From an uncultured Collinsella sp. (GTDB lineage: Bacteria; Actinomycetota; Coriobacteriia; Coriobacteriales; Coriobacteriaceae): a stretch of 64,000 nt of DNA. Both the position numbers and the translations under genes were made by a program. How positions within the stretch are numbered: position 1 is the first letter of the stretch; every line of letters starts with the position of its first letter. Below, piece by piece: positions 9,568 to 17,362 of this stretch. The notes below the pieces were generated by a model. The model searched no databases, had not been told where the DNA came from, and saw only the letters and a program-made list of their open reading frames with translations. The stretch lies in contig CAJLDK010000001.1 in the NCBI GenBank assembly GCA_905205405.1, forward strand, positions 35,392 through 99,391, written 5' to 3'.

Positions 9568-10158
9568 TTACGTTTTGATGGGAACGTCGAGCGGAAGCAC
9601 TTCCCTAAAGCTGGAATCGCCTTCGCCTACGTCCACCAAGCACCAGCGTTTACGACGGTCGATCTTGTGCACACGGGCCTCTTGCCCCACCAAGGGCCCC
9701 TGTTCTATGTGCAGCACACCGTCTTCTATGCGCGCCACGCTGTTGCGCACCACGTCGTCGTCGTCGAGCACGCTGCGGTACCAGTCCTGTGCATCGTCCG
9801 GCATGGGCGCATAGGCCCGCTCCCTGCTGCCAGCAATGCGGCAGCCAAAACTCAACTGGGCCAAAGCCCTATCGAGCGCAGCGGCATCGTGCGTGGCGAC
9901 GAAGAAGTATTCCTTGTACATGGGTTTGGTTTGGAGCGACCATGCGCCGTCCCGCTTAAACCAGAACTCCTTTTGCATCACAAAAGCGTTCTGCATCAGC
10001 TCGTGTGGGATAATACGGCGCACCTTTTCGCAGGTCTCGCGCTCTTTTCCATGGGGGGTGTGGACCAGATACCAGCGGACGCGGCCGTGCTGGCTGTTGG
10101 TGGTAACGCCGTTAAATGCGCCCGGCAGCTGCTCTTGGCGCCGTGCCATCTGTTCCAT
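9568..10158 (-). CDS. NusG-paralog transcription antiterminator (UpxY/LoaP-like) heading the polysaccharide locus
   Basis: NGN-like N-terminus (VRWYLVHTPHGKERETCEKV) and a C-terminal KOW-like region (HIEQGPLVGQEARVHKID). ATG at 10158 with an AGAGGGGG SD. The ORF track extends it to 10275. Confidence 0.65.
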   Translation of the reverse strand: MEQMARRQEQLPGAFNGVTTNSQHGRVRWYLVHTPHGKERETCEKVRRIIPHELMQNAFVMQKEFWFKRDGAWSLQTKPMYKEYFFVATHDAAALDRALAQLSFGCRIAGSRERAYAPMPDDAQDWYRSVLDDDDVVRNSVARIEDGVLHIEQGPLVGQEARVHKIDRRKRWCLVDVGEGDSSFREVLPLDVPIKT

Positions 10159-10245
10159 GTTTTCGCCCCCTCTTTTGGCTTTGCGATGCACGCAAATGCA
10201 GGGGCGTTTAGAACAGGCTTCTCGCTCGCAGCTAGGCGCAGTCGC

Positions 10246-10376
10246 AAAAGTACAGGTTTTTGTATCTTTCGACAAACGACATTATACGGGCAATTAATCA
10301 GCGTTTGCCCAGATTACGCAAAATGTACTGCAAGTAGGTACATCTCCATACCCCTCTACAAAAACCTGTACCTTTT
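10246..10376 (-). promoter_or_regulatory. Promoter region of the polysaccharide operon, bracketed by a 15-bp perfect inverted repeat (GTACAGGTTTTTGTA)
   Basis: A -10 TATAAT (plus attata, 10281-10286) reads toward the NusG paralog. IR copies at 10250-10264 and 10357-10371 are extended by A4 flanks. Confidence 0.5.
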
Positions 10377-10383
10377 TGTGCAA

Positions 10384-10412
10384 CAAAAAAAGCCGCTCAA
10401 CCAGCGGCTTTT
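10384..10412 (-). terminator. Rho-independent terminator (second of a tandem pair) downstream of thrS; bidirectional
   Basis: AGCCGCT-caacc-AGCGGCT stem flanked by an A7 run and TTTTCTT. Confidence 0.6.
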
Positions 10413-10420
10413 CTTATTTG

Positions 10421-10459
10421 GGCAAAAAAAATGCGACCGCCCTTTGTGAACGGTCGCCT
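10421..10459 (-). terminator. Rho-independent terminator of thrS
   Basis: GGCGACCG-N11-CGGTCGC followed by T8 on the minus strand. Confidence 0.7.
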
Positions 10460-10483
10460 TTGTTAATTGTTGTGAAGTTTGCC

Positions 10484-12247
10484 TTAGGCGCGAGTCTTGA
10501 TCTCCTCGGTCACCTTCGCAACAAACTCATCAACGCTCATCTGAACGGTCTCGTTGGAACGATCGCGGACGGAGATGTTGCCGGCCTCGACCTCCTTCTC
10601 GCCCAGGATGAGCATGTAGGGCACGCGGTCGATGCTGCGGGCCTCGCGGATCTTGTAACCGATCTTCTCGTCGCGGTCGTCGCAGACCACGCGAATGCCG
10701 GCCTCCTCCAGCTTGGCGCACACCTCGTGGGCGTAGTCGCGACTCTTCTCGGAGACGGGAAGCGCCTTGACCTGCACGGGAGCCAGCCAGGTGGGGAACT
10801 TGCCCGCAAAGTGCTCAATCAGAATACCGATAAAGCGCTCGATGGATCCAAAGCACACGCGATGCAGCATGATGGGGCGCTTCTTGGTGCCGTCAGCGTC
10901 CACGTACTCCAGGTCAAAGTTGAGCGGCATCTGGAAGTCGAGCTGGACGGTGCCGCACTGCCAGGTACGGCCGAGCGAGTCCTCCAGGTGGAAGTCGATC
11001 TTGGGGCCGTAGAAGGCGCCGTCGCCCTCGTTGACCTCGTAGTCCATGCCCAGCTTCTCCAGAGCGGTGCGCAGGCCCTCCTCGGCGCGAGCCCAGTCCT
11101 CGTCCGAACCCATGGAGTCCTCGGGGCGGGTGGAAAGCTCAACGTGGTACTTAAAGCCAAACTTCTGGTACACGGAGTCGATGAGGTTGACCACGCCCAC
11201 GATCTCGTCGGTCAGCTGGTCGGGACGCACAAACAGGTGGGCGTCGTCCTGGTTAAAGCAGCGCACGCGGAACAGGCCGTGCAGGGCACCGCGCAGCTCG
11301 TGGCGGTGCACCAGGCCAATCTCGCCGGCGCGGATGGGCAGCTCGCGATAGGAGTGCGGCTTGGAAGCGTACACCAGCACGCCACCCGGGCAGTTCATAG
11401 GCTTAATGCAGTACTCTTCGTCGTCGATGACGGTGGAGTACATGTTGTCCTTGTAGTGGTCCCAGTGGCCCGAGGTCTTCCACAGCTGTTTGTTCATGAT
11501 GAGCGGCGTGGAGATCTCCACGTAGCCGGCCTTGTGGTGGATCTCGCGCCAGTAGTCCAGCAGCGTGTTCTTAAGGATCATGCCGTTGGGCAGGAAGAAC
11601 GGGAAGCCGGGGGCCTCGTCGCGCATCATAAAGAGGTCCATCTCGCGGCCGATCTTGCGGTGGTCGCGCTTCTTGGCCTCCTCCAGCATGTGCATGTGCT
11701 CGTCGAGCTCTTCCTTGGTGGCAAAGGCGACGCCGTTGATGCGGGTAAGCATCTTGTTGTCCTTGTCGCCCTTCCAGTAAGCGCCCGAGACGCCGGTGAG
11801 CTTAAAGGCCTTCAGAGCCTTGGTGTAGCAGATGTGGGGGCCGACGCACATGTCGATGTAGTCGCCCTGCTGGTAGAAGGTAATGCGGGCATCGTCGTCC
11901 AGGTCGCCGATATGCTCGACCTTGTACTTCTCGCCGCGCTCCTCCATAAGGGCGATGGCCTCGGCGCGGGGCTTCTCGTACACGGAAAACTTGAGGTTCT
12001 CCTTGACGATCTTCTTCATCTCGGCCTCGATCGCGGGGAAGTCGTCCTCGCTGATCTTAACGCCCTCGGGCAGGTCGACGTCGTAGTAAAAGCCGTTGTC
12101 GGTCGCGGGGCCGTAGGCAAAGTCGGCCTGGGGGTACAAGCGCTTGATGGCCTGCGCCATGATGTGTGCGGCGGAGTGGCGGATGACGTGCGTGACCTCG
12201 TCCTGCGGGAGCTCGGCCACCGAACCGTCATTGTAGAGTGCCTTCAT
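10484..12247 (-). CDS. thrS: Threonine--tRNA ligase
   Basis: 587 aa. ...HRDLKPEN-free class II aaRS with a TGS/editing N-terminus and HxxxH and SGxxER motifs, including the typical ThrRS sequence MILGEKEVEAGNISVRDR. Confidence 0.95.
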   Translation of the reverse strand: MKALYNDGSVAELPQDEVTHVIRHSAAHIMAQAIKRLYPQADFAYGPATDNGFYYDVDLPEGVKISEDDFPAIEAEMKKIVKENLKFSVYEKPRAEAIALMEERGEKYKVEHIGDLDDDARITFYQQGDYIDMCVGPHICYTKALKAFKLTGVSGAYWKGDKDNKMLTRINGVAFATKEELDEHMHMLEEAKKRDHRKIGREMDLFMMRDEAPGFPFFLPNGMILKNTLLDYWREIHHKAGYVEISTPLIMNKQLWKTSGHWDHYKDNMYSTVIDDEEYCIKPMNCPGGVLVYASKPHSYRELPIRAGEIGLVHRHELRGALHGLFRVRCFNQDDAHLFVRPDQLTDEIVGVVNLIDSVYQKFGFKYHVELSTRPEDSMGSDEDWARAEEGLRTALEKLGMDYEVNEGDGAFYGPKIDFHLEDSLGRTWQCGTVQLDFQMPLNFDLEYVDADGTKKRPIMLHRVCFGSIERFIGILIEHFAGKFPTWLAPVQVKALPVSEKSRDYAHEVCAKLEEAGIRVVCDDRDEKIGYKIREARSIDRVPYMLILGEKEVEAGNISVRDRSNETVQMSVDEFVAKVTEEIKTRA

Positions 12248-12316
12248 GGGTATGTTTTCTCCTCTCGGATGCCTGGTGCAAGTGCGTGCGATGCGCTCGG
12301 CGTTTTAACTTGCATC

Positions 12317-12344
12317 ATTATAGGCAGGTTGCCTTGGTATACAA
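12317..12344 (-). promoter_or_regulatory. Sigma70-like promoter of thrS (TTGTAT-N16-TATAAT)
   Basis: Minus-strand TATAAT at 12322..12317 and TTGTAT at 12344..12339. GAGAGGAG SD before the thrS ATG. Confidence 0.5.
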
Positions 12345-12476
12345 GCGCCCGCCGCACCTTAATGGCACGGCGGGCGATTTTCTACGCATGCTTCATCGTG
12401 TGGGGGCGGGGTGCGCGTGTGGCTTGCGCGGGACGCGCGCTGCCCGTGGCTTGCGGCCGGCCCGGCGATGGATGCG

Positions 12477-12908
12477 TTACTGGATGCGAGTTCGGCAGTA
12501 GGGGCAGACCTTCCAGTGCGCATCGAGCGGACGATGGCAGCTGGGGCACACGTTGCGAACCTGAGTGTCGCACACGGGACAGACGACAAAGTCCTTCTCG
12601 ATGGGGGCGCCGCACTGCGGGCAGGTGCCGTACTGGGCAAGCTGGCGCTCGCGCAGGGCCATGTCCAGCTCCTGCTCCTCGCGGTCGGCAGCGTAGGAGT
12701 GCGGACGAAGGACCAGGTAGGCGATGAGGCCCACAAACGGGATCAGGGCGATGATGCCCCATGCCACGTAGGCGCTGGCGCCGCGGCGGCGAGCGTCGAT
12801 GAACACATAGACGACCGACAGCACGTACAGGGCGATGATAAAGCCCACGAAGGCATAGATGACGCCCATGAGCTGCGGCGACATGAGCTCGTTGATGTAT
12901 TTGGACAT
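12477..12908 (-). CDS. Membrane protein with a C-terminal double zinc-ribbon domain
   Basis: Two TM helices, then CPQCGAPI...CPVC...CPSCHRPL...CPYC. Confidence 0.7.
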   Translation of the reverse strand: MSKYINELMSPQLMGVIYAFVGFIIALYVLSVVYVFIDARRRGASAYVAWGIIALIPFVGLIAYLVLRPHSYAADREEQELDMALRERQLAQYGTCPQCGAPIEKDFVVCPVCDTQVRNVCPSCHRPLDAHWKVCPYCRTRIQ

Positions 12909-13007
12909 TGAGGTGTACCTTTCGGAATATTTACAGTCCGGTCAAGTTTACCACGGGGTTTGTTTATATGGGACCACGGCCGGGTACGGGGCTGGCGCGG
13001 ACACAAA

Positions 13008-13467
13008 CATCTCAATCTGTAACAGGTGGGAGCGGAATCCTGGTCTAGGTGTTACAGATCAAGACAAACGGATGATCCGCCAGACTAACGTCTCGATCTG
13101 TAACATCTGGAACCCAAATCATCAGCTAGCTGCTACAGATCAAGACGTAGAAAACCGTCCGAACCGAATGTCTCAATCTGTAACAGTTACCCGGCAAAAA
13201 CAGGTCTAACTGTTACAGATTGAGACATTCGAAACCGACTGATAGGTTCATCTCAATCTGTAAAATCTAGACCCCAAAACGGTCCCTAGATGTTACAGAT
13301 CGAGACAGAAAATCTCTCCCTGACTTTAAATCTCAATCTGTAACACATAGGACCGATTTTCCCCTCTTACTGTTACAGATCGAGACAAACAGAGGGCCCG
13401 CCTGGCAAACGTCTCGATCTGTAACATCTGGGACCCAACCCTTCTGCTTACTGTTACAGAACGAGAC
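13008..13467. repeat. Interspaced array of twelve 16-bp repeats in strictly alternating orientation (GTCTCRATCTGTAACA / TGTTACAGATYRAGAC) with 25-nt and 24-nt variable spacers. The period is 81 bp and there are 6 units.
   Basis: A-arms start at 13010, 13090, 13170, 13251, 13331 and 13411. B-arms start at 13050, 13131, 13211, 13291, 13371 and 13452. The arms are conserved, the spacers are divergent, and there are no cas genes. Confidence 0.9.
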
Positions 13468-13636
13468 AAAACTCTGACACCAGGGGCGGCAAACGAGTTT
13501 ATCGACGTTACCGAGTCTCCCCTCGCCTGCCGTTGGCGGGTGTTGCGGGGCTGTTCGCCGCATTGCCGCCGCGCTGGGGGCGTGCAGACCGTAGGATAGT
13601 CTTATTGACAGCCTGTCAACTTGTCTGGGAGGCACC

Positions 13637-15100
13637 GTGGCAGAAACGTTTGATATCGCGATTGTCGGCGCTGGCATCACCGGATGCGCCATCGCGCGGC
13701 AGCTCGCGCGCTATGACCTGTCTACTTGCGTGGTCGAGGCAGCAAACGATATCGCGCTGGGCGCATCGAAGGCCAACGGCGGCCTGGTGCACGCCGGCTA
13801 CGATCCGACACCGCGCACGGTTAAGGCCCAGGTCAACGCTCGTGGTTGCGAGCTGTACGGTACGTGGGCGCAGGAGCTGGGCTTTCTGTTCCGCCGCACC
13901 GGGTCGATGGTGCTGGGCTTTAACGACGAGGACCGCGCGCAGCTGGAGAAGCTGCGGTGCAACGGCCATGCCAACGGCCTGCCCGAGCTGTCAATCGTCG
14001 GACCCGACCGCATCCACGAATTAGAGCCGCGGGCCAGTGCCGAGGCGACGTGCGCGCTGTGGTGTCCCTCCACTGGCTTTGTGGATCCGTTTGAGGTCGC
14101 CATTGCCGCGCTGGAGAACGCCGTCGCCAACGGGGTGACGTTTATGCGCTCCGCACCGGTGGAAGCGATTGAGGTTGCTGGCAGCGAGGCTACCGACGGG
14201 GCTGCGCGCTTTACGCTGGCGACGCCCGCCGGAGACGTGCGCTGCCGCTATCTGATCAACGCCGCGGGCAACGGTGCCGCGGACATCTCGCATATGGTGG
14301 GCGCCGAGGAGTTCCAGATGGTCTGGCGTCAGGGCAACATCGTGGTGCTGGACAAGGAACCGCGCACGCTCATGCCGCTCTACCCGGTGCCGACGCCGAT
14401 TTCGAAGGGCGTTATTGTCACGGGCACCGTGCACGGCAACACAGTGATAACCGCCACGGCTGCCGTGCGCGAGCCGGGTGACACGCAGACCTATGCAAGC
14501 GATGTGAACGCGCTGCTGACCGGCGCGCGCAAGCTGGTGCCCGATCTGGACACGCGCCGCGTGGTGCGCGCATTTGCCGGCGGGCGTCCGGTCATTCAGG
14601 GAACGAACGACTTCTTTATTGGACAGTCGGCCGTGGTGCCGGGGCTGTTCCAGGCGGCTGGTATTCAGTCGCCGGGCGTGGCAAGCGCGCCGGCAATTGC
14701 CGAGCGCATGGAGCTTGTGATGCGCGAGTCGGGCGTGAAGATGCACGAGCGGGCGGAATGGAACCCAATTCGCCGCGCGCCGGACGACTTTGACCGCGCA
14801 CCGCTGGCGCGCAAGGAGGAGCTCATTGAGTCCGACCCCGCGTGGGGCCAGATTGTTTGCCGCTGCGAGACGGTGCCCGAGGCCGAGATCGTGGCCGCGA
14901 TTCGGCGCCGCCCGGGAGCAGTTTCGGTCGAGGGCGTCAAGCGCCGCTGCCGCGCCGGCATGGGTCGCTGTCAGAGCGGCTTTTGCCAGAGCCGTGTGGT
15001 GGCGATTCTTGCCCGAGAGCTGGACTGCGACCCCAGCGAGGTATTACTGGAGGACGCCGGCTCCTGGCTGGTCGAGGGGCCTTTGAAGGGGGTGCGCTAG
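13637..15100 (+). CDS. FAD-dependent glycerol-3-phosphate dehydrogenase-like oxidoreductase (GlpA family) with a C-terminal BFD-like [2Fe-2S] domain
   Basis: GTG start. N-terminal dinucleotide fold FDIAIVGAGITGCAIA. C-terminal CRCETVPEAEIVAAIRR...CRAGMGRCQSGFCQ. Confidence 0.8.
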   Translation: MAETFDIAIVGAGITGCAIARQLARYDLSTCVVEAANDIALGASKANGGLVHAGYDPTPRTVKAQVNARGCELYGTWAQELGFLFRRTGSMVLGFNDEDRAQLEKLRCNGHANGLPELSIVGPDRIHELEPRASAEATCALWCPSTGFVDPFEVAIAALENAVANGVTFMRSAPVEAIEVAGSEATDGAARFTLATPAGDVRCRYLINAAGNGAADISHMVGAEEFQMVWRQGNIVVLDKEPRTLMPLYPVPTPISKGVIVTGTVHGNTVITATAAVREPGDTQTYASDVNALLTGARKLVPDLDTRRVVRAFAGGRPVIQGTNDFFIGQSAVVPGLFQAAGIQSPGVASAPAIAERMELVMRESGVKMHERAEWNPIRRAPDDFDRAPLARKEELIESDPAWGQIVCRCETVPEAEIVAAIRRRPGAVSVEGVKRRCRAGMGRCQSGFCQSRVVAILARELDCDPSEVLLEDAGSWLVEGPLKGVR

Positions 15101-15101
15101 G

Positions 15102-16493
15102 ATGGAGAGCTTTGAAGTAAATGCAGCGAGCGCGACCGACGGCACCGCGGACGCCGTGCCGACGCAGGCCTTCGACGTGGTCGTTATCGGCGGCGGACCT
15201 GCCGGCATGGCGGCCGCGCTGGCCGCGCATAAGGCAGGCGCACACGTGGCCATCGTGGAGCGCGAGCAGCACCTGGGCGGAATCCTCCGACAGTGCATCC
15301 ACCCCGGCTTTGGCCTGTCGCACTTTAAACAGGAGCTCACCGGCCCCGAGTACGCGCAGCGCTTTATCGACCAGGTTCGCGCGACCGACATCGCGCTGTT
15401 CTTGGACAGCATGGTGCTGGGGATCGATTCGGAGGAGGGCGATGACGCGCTGGGCGCGGATGCCTCGAACGCAGAAGCCGGTGCGGGTCATACCGTCACA
15501 ATCATGAGCCGCGCCGGCATGCTGCAACTCGCCGGGCGAGCGGTCGTCCTTGCCATGGGTTGCCGTGAGCGCACCCGCAGCGAGATCAAAATCCCCGGCA
15601 GTCGTCCCGCCGGCGTGTTTACGGCCGGTCTGGCGCAGCGATACATCAATATCGAGAACCTCAAGCCCGGCTCGCGCGCCGTCATTTTGGGTTCGGGCGA
15701 TATCGGGCTGATCATGGCACGTCGCTGCACGCTCGAGGGGATTTCGGTCGAGGGCGTGTACGAACTCATGCCGTACGCCAACGGCCTGCGCCGCAACGTC
15801 AAGAACTGCCTGGACGACTTTGGCATTCCGCTGCACCTGTCCACCACCGTCACGCGCGTGATCGGGCACGACCGTGTGGAGGCCGTCGAGGTAAGCCAGG
15901 TCGACGAGCACCTGGCGCCCATTGCCGGGACGGAGCGCATCGTTCCGTGCGACACGCTGCTGCTTTCGGTAGGTCTGATTCCCGAGAACGAGCTTTCGGT
16001 TGCCGCAGGCGTGGAGCTTGACCCGCGCACACGCGGTGCCGTAGTTGACCAGAGCCTCCAGACAGGCGTGCCGGGCATCTTTGCCTGTGGCAACGTGCTG
16101 CACGTGCACGACCTGGCCGACAACGTGACGACCGAGTCCGAGCGCGCCGGTGCGGCTGCGGCGGCGTGGGCGTTGGGCGGCGACGCCGGGGCGAGCGCTG
16201 CGGGCACGAGCTGCGAGCTGATGGTCTCCCCTGCCGGCATCGCAGGCTACGCACTGCCGGGACGCATTACGGCTGCGGCGCTCACCAAGCTGAACTTCCG
16301 CGTGCGCCGACCGGTCGACGCCGCCCGCGTGCGTATTCTGGCAGGCGACGAGGAACTGCTTGCAGGCAAGGTCCGCGCGTTTATGCCGAGCGTTATGGAA
16401 AGCTTCCCGCTGCCGGCAAAGGTCATCAAACAAGCGCTCGACCTGGGTGCCAGCGAGATTGTCCTATCCGTCGATCCCGTCGAGGAGGCATAG
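15102..16493 (+). CDS. FAD/NAD(P)-binding (pyridine nucleotide-disulfide type) oxidoreductase, partner of the GlpA-like protein
   Basis: FDVVVIGGGPAGMAAA...GSGDIGLIMARR are two Rossmann motifs. Three-gene arrangement with DUF1667. Confidence 0.75.
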   Translation: MESFEVNAASATDGTADAVPTQAFDVVVIGGGPAGMAAALAAHKAGAHVAIVEREQHLGGILRQCIHPGFGLSHFKQELTGPEYAQRFIDQVRATDIALFLDSMVLGIDSEEGDDALGADASNAEAGAGHTVTIMSRAGMLQLAGRAVVLAMGCRERTRSEIKIPGSRPAGVFTAGLAQRYINIENLKPGSRAVILGSGDIGLIMARRCTLEGISVEGVYELMPYANGLRRNVKNCLDDFGIPLHLSTTVTRVIGHDRVEAVEVSQVDEHLAPIAGTERIVPCDTLLLSVGLIPENELSVAAGVELDPRTRGAVVDQSLQTGVPGIFACGNVLHVHDLADNVTTESERAGAAAAAWALGGDAGASAAGTSCELMVSPAGIAGYALPGRITAAALTKLNFRVRRPVDAARVRILAGDEELLAGKVRAFMPSVMESFPLPAKVIKQALDLGASEIVLSVDPVEEA

Positions 16494-16496
16494 ACT

Positions 16497-16895
16497 ATGA
16501 GCACGAATGCAATCGAGACGCTGCAGTTCAACTGCACCACTTGCCCATCCGAGTGCCTCCTGACCGTGGAGGTCGAGCGCAGCGCAGACGGCGCCGTGGT
16601 AGAGGTACGCTCCGTAACCGGCAACAGCTGCCCGCGCGGTGATAAGTTTGCACATCAGGAGCTCACCTGTCCCATGCGCGTGCTTACCACGACCGTGGCC
16701 GTATCCGGCGGCGACGAGGCGCTGCTGCCCGTGCGCACGGCCGAAACCATCCCGCTCGAACTCCACGCCCAGGCGATGGACCTCATCCGCGGCCTAGAGG
16801 TCAAAGCCCCCATCCGCATGAGCGATGTAGTCCTCCCCAACCTCCTAGACACCGGTACCGACCTCATCGCCAGCATGGACATCGACCCTGCCTAA
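16497..16895 (+). CDS. DUF1667 domain protein
   Basis: 132 aa with CTTCPSEC...CPRGDKF...CPMRV, conserved downstream of this oxidoreductase pair. Confidence 0.7.
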   Translation: MSTNAIETLQFNCTTCPSECLLTVEVERSADGAVVEVRSVTGNSCPRGDKFAHQELTCPMRVLTTTVAVSGGDEALLPVRTAETIPLELHAQAMDLIRGLEVKAPIRMSDVVLPNLLDTGTDLIASMDIDPA

Positions 16896-16901
16896 GCAGT
16901 T

Positions 16902-17309
16902 AATTTGGGACGGGGCTCTTTTAGCTACCCCGCCATCCACCCCGCCCCTCCTCAATTGCGGTGAAATAGTTCCTGATTTCCGCCAAAACCCCGGCATCCA
17001 GGAACTATTCCACCGCAACTTGCCTTGGGATCGATATTTAGATTGTGCCTACTTTAGTGCCATTTCAAAACTATGCCGGATTACGGGGCTGATTCGGAGA
17101 CCCCCATCCATACCGGCATTTTTCGATTTTTGATAAGCCGTCTACCTGCGGTTTTAATTTCGCAATTTTTCCAATGGTCAAGTAATACAGGTCCAGCCCC
17201 GTAATCCGCCATAGTTTTGAAAGCAGCTAATTCGGGACGACCCTCTTATGACTACTTTTACCTATCATTCCGCATGTTTGACACAGCTAAAATAGCCCCG
17301 TCCCAAATT
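16902..17309. mobile_element. MITE-like non-coding element (~408 bp) bounded by 24-bp terminal inverted repeats (AATTTGGGACGGGGCTCTTTTAGC) and containing nested internal inverted repeats
   Basis: Left TIR at 16902-16925; right TIR at 17286-17309 (23 of 24 match). Internal IR 17060-17095 versus 17195-17230. The core TACCTGCGGTTTTAATTTCGCAATT (17143-17167) recurs at 18578-18603. Confidence 0.6.
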
Positions 17310-17362
17310 GACTACCCTGGCGTTGGGGATACCATGGTGACACCCTAGCGAAAGGATGTTTC

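Noticed and set aside
9667-10449. 260-aa plus-strand ORF
   Set aside because: Antisense to the NusG-paralog gene and spans the promoter and terminators. Spurious.
10376-12727. 783-aa plus-strand ORF
   Set aside because: Antisense to thrS with low-complexity Ala/Gly/Leu/Val-rich translation, which is a typical high-GC shadow ORF. The same applies to 20343..23315 (+), 14937..16433 (-), 25543..26901 (+), 28528..29847 (+), 31295..32680 (+), 37902..39242 (+), 47547..49547 (+) and many shorter ones.
13008-13467. CRISPR array call for the interspaced repeats
   Set aside because: Repeats alternate in orientation (inverted, not direct). They are only 16 nt long. Spacers are 24-25 nt with residual similarity to one another. 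There are no cas genes or leader.
13333-13692. 119-aa minus-strand ORF overlapping the repeat array
   Set aside because: Reads through repetitive DNA, has no SD and no homology signal. It is an artefact of the open frame.
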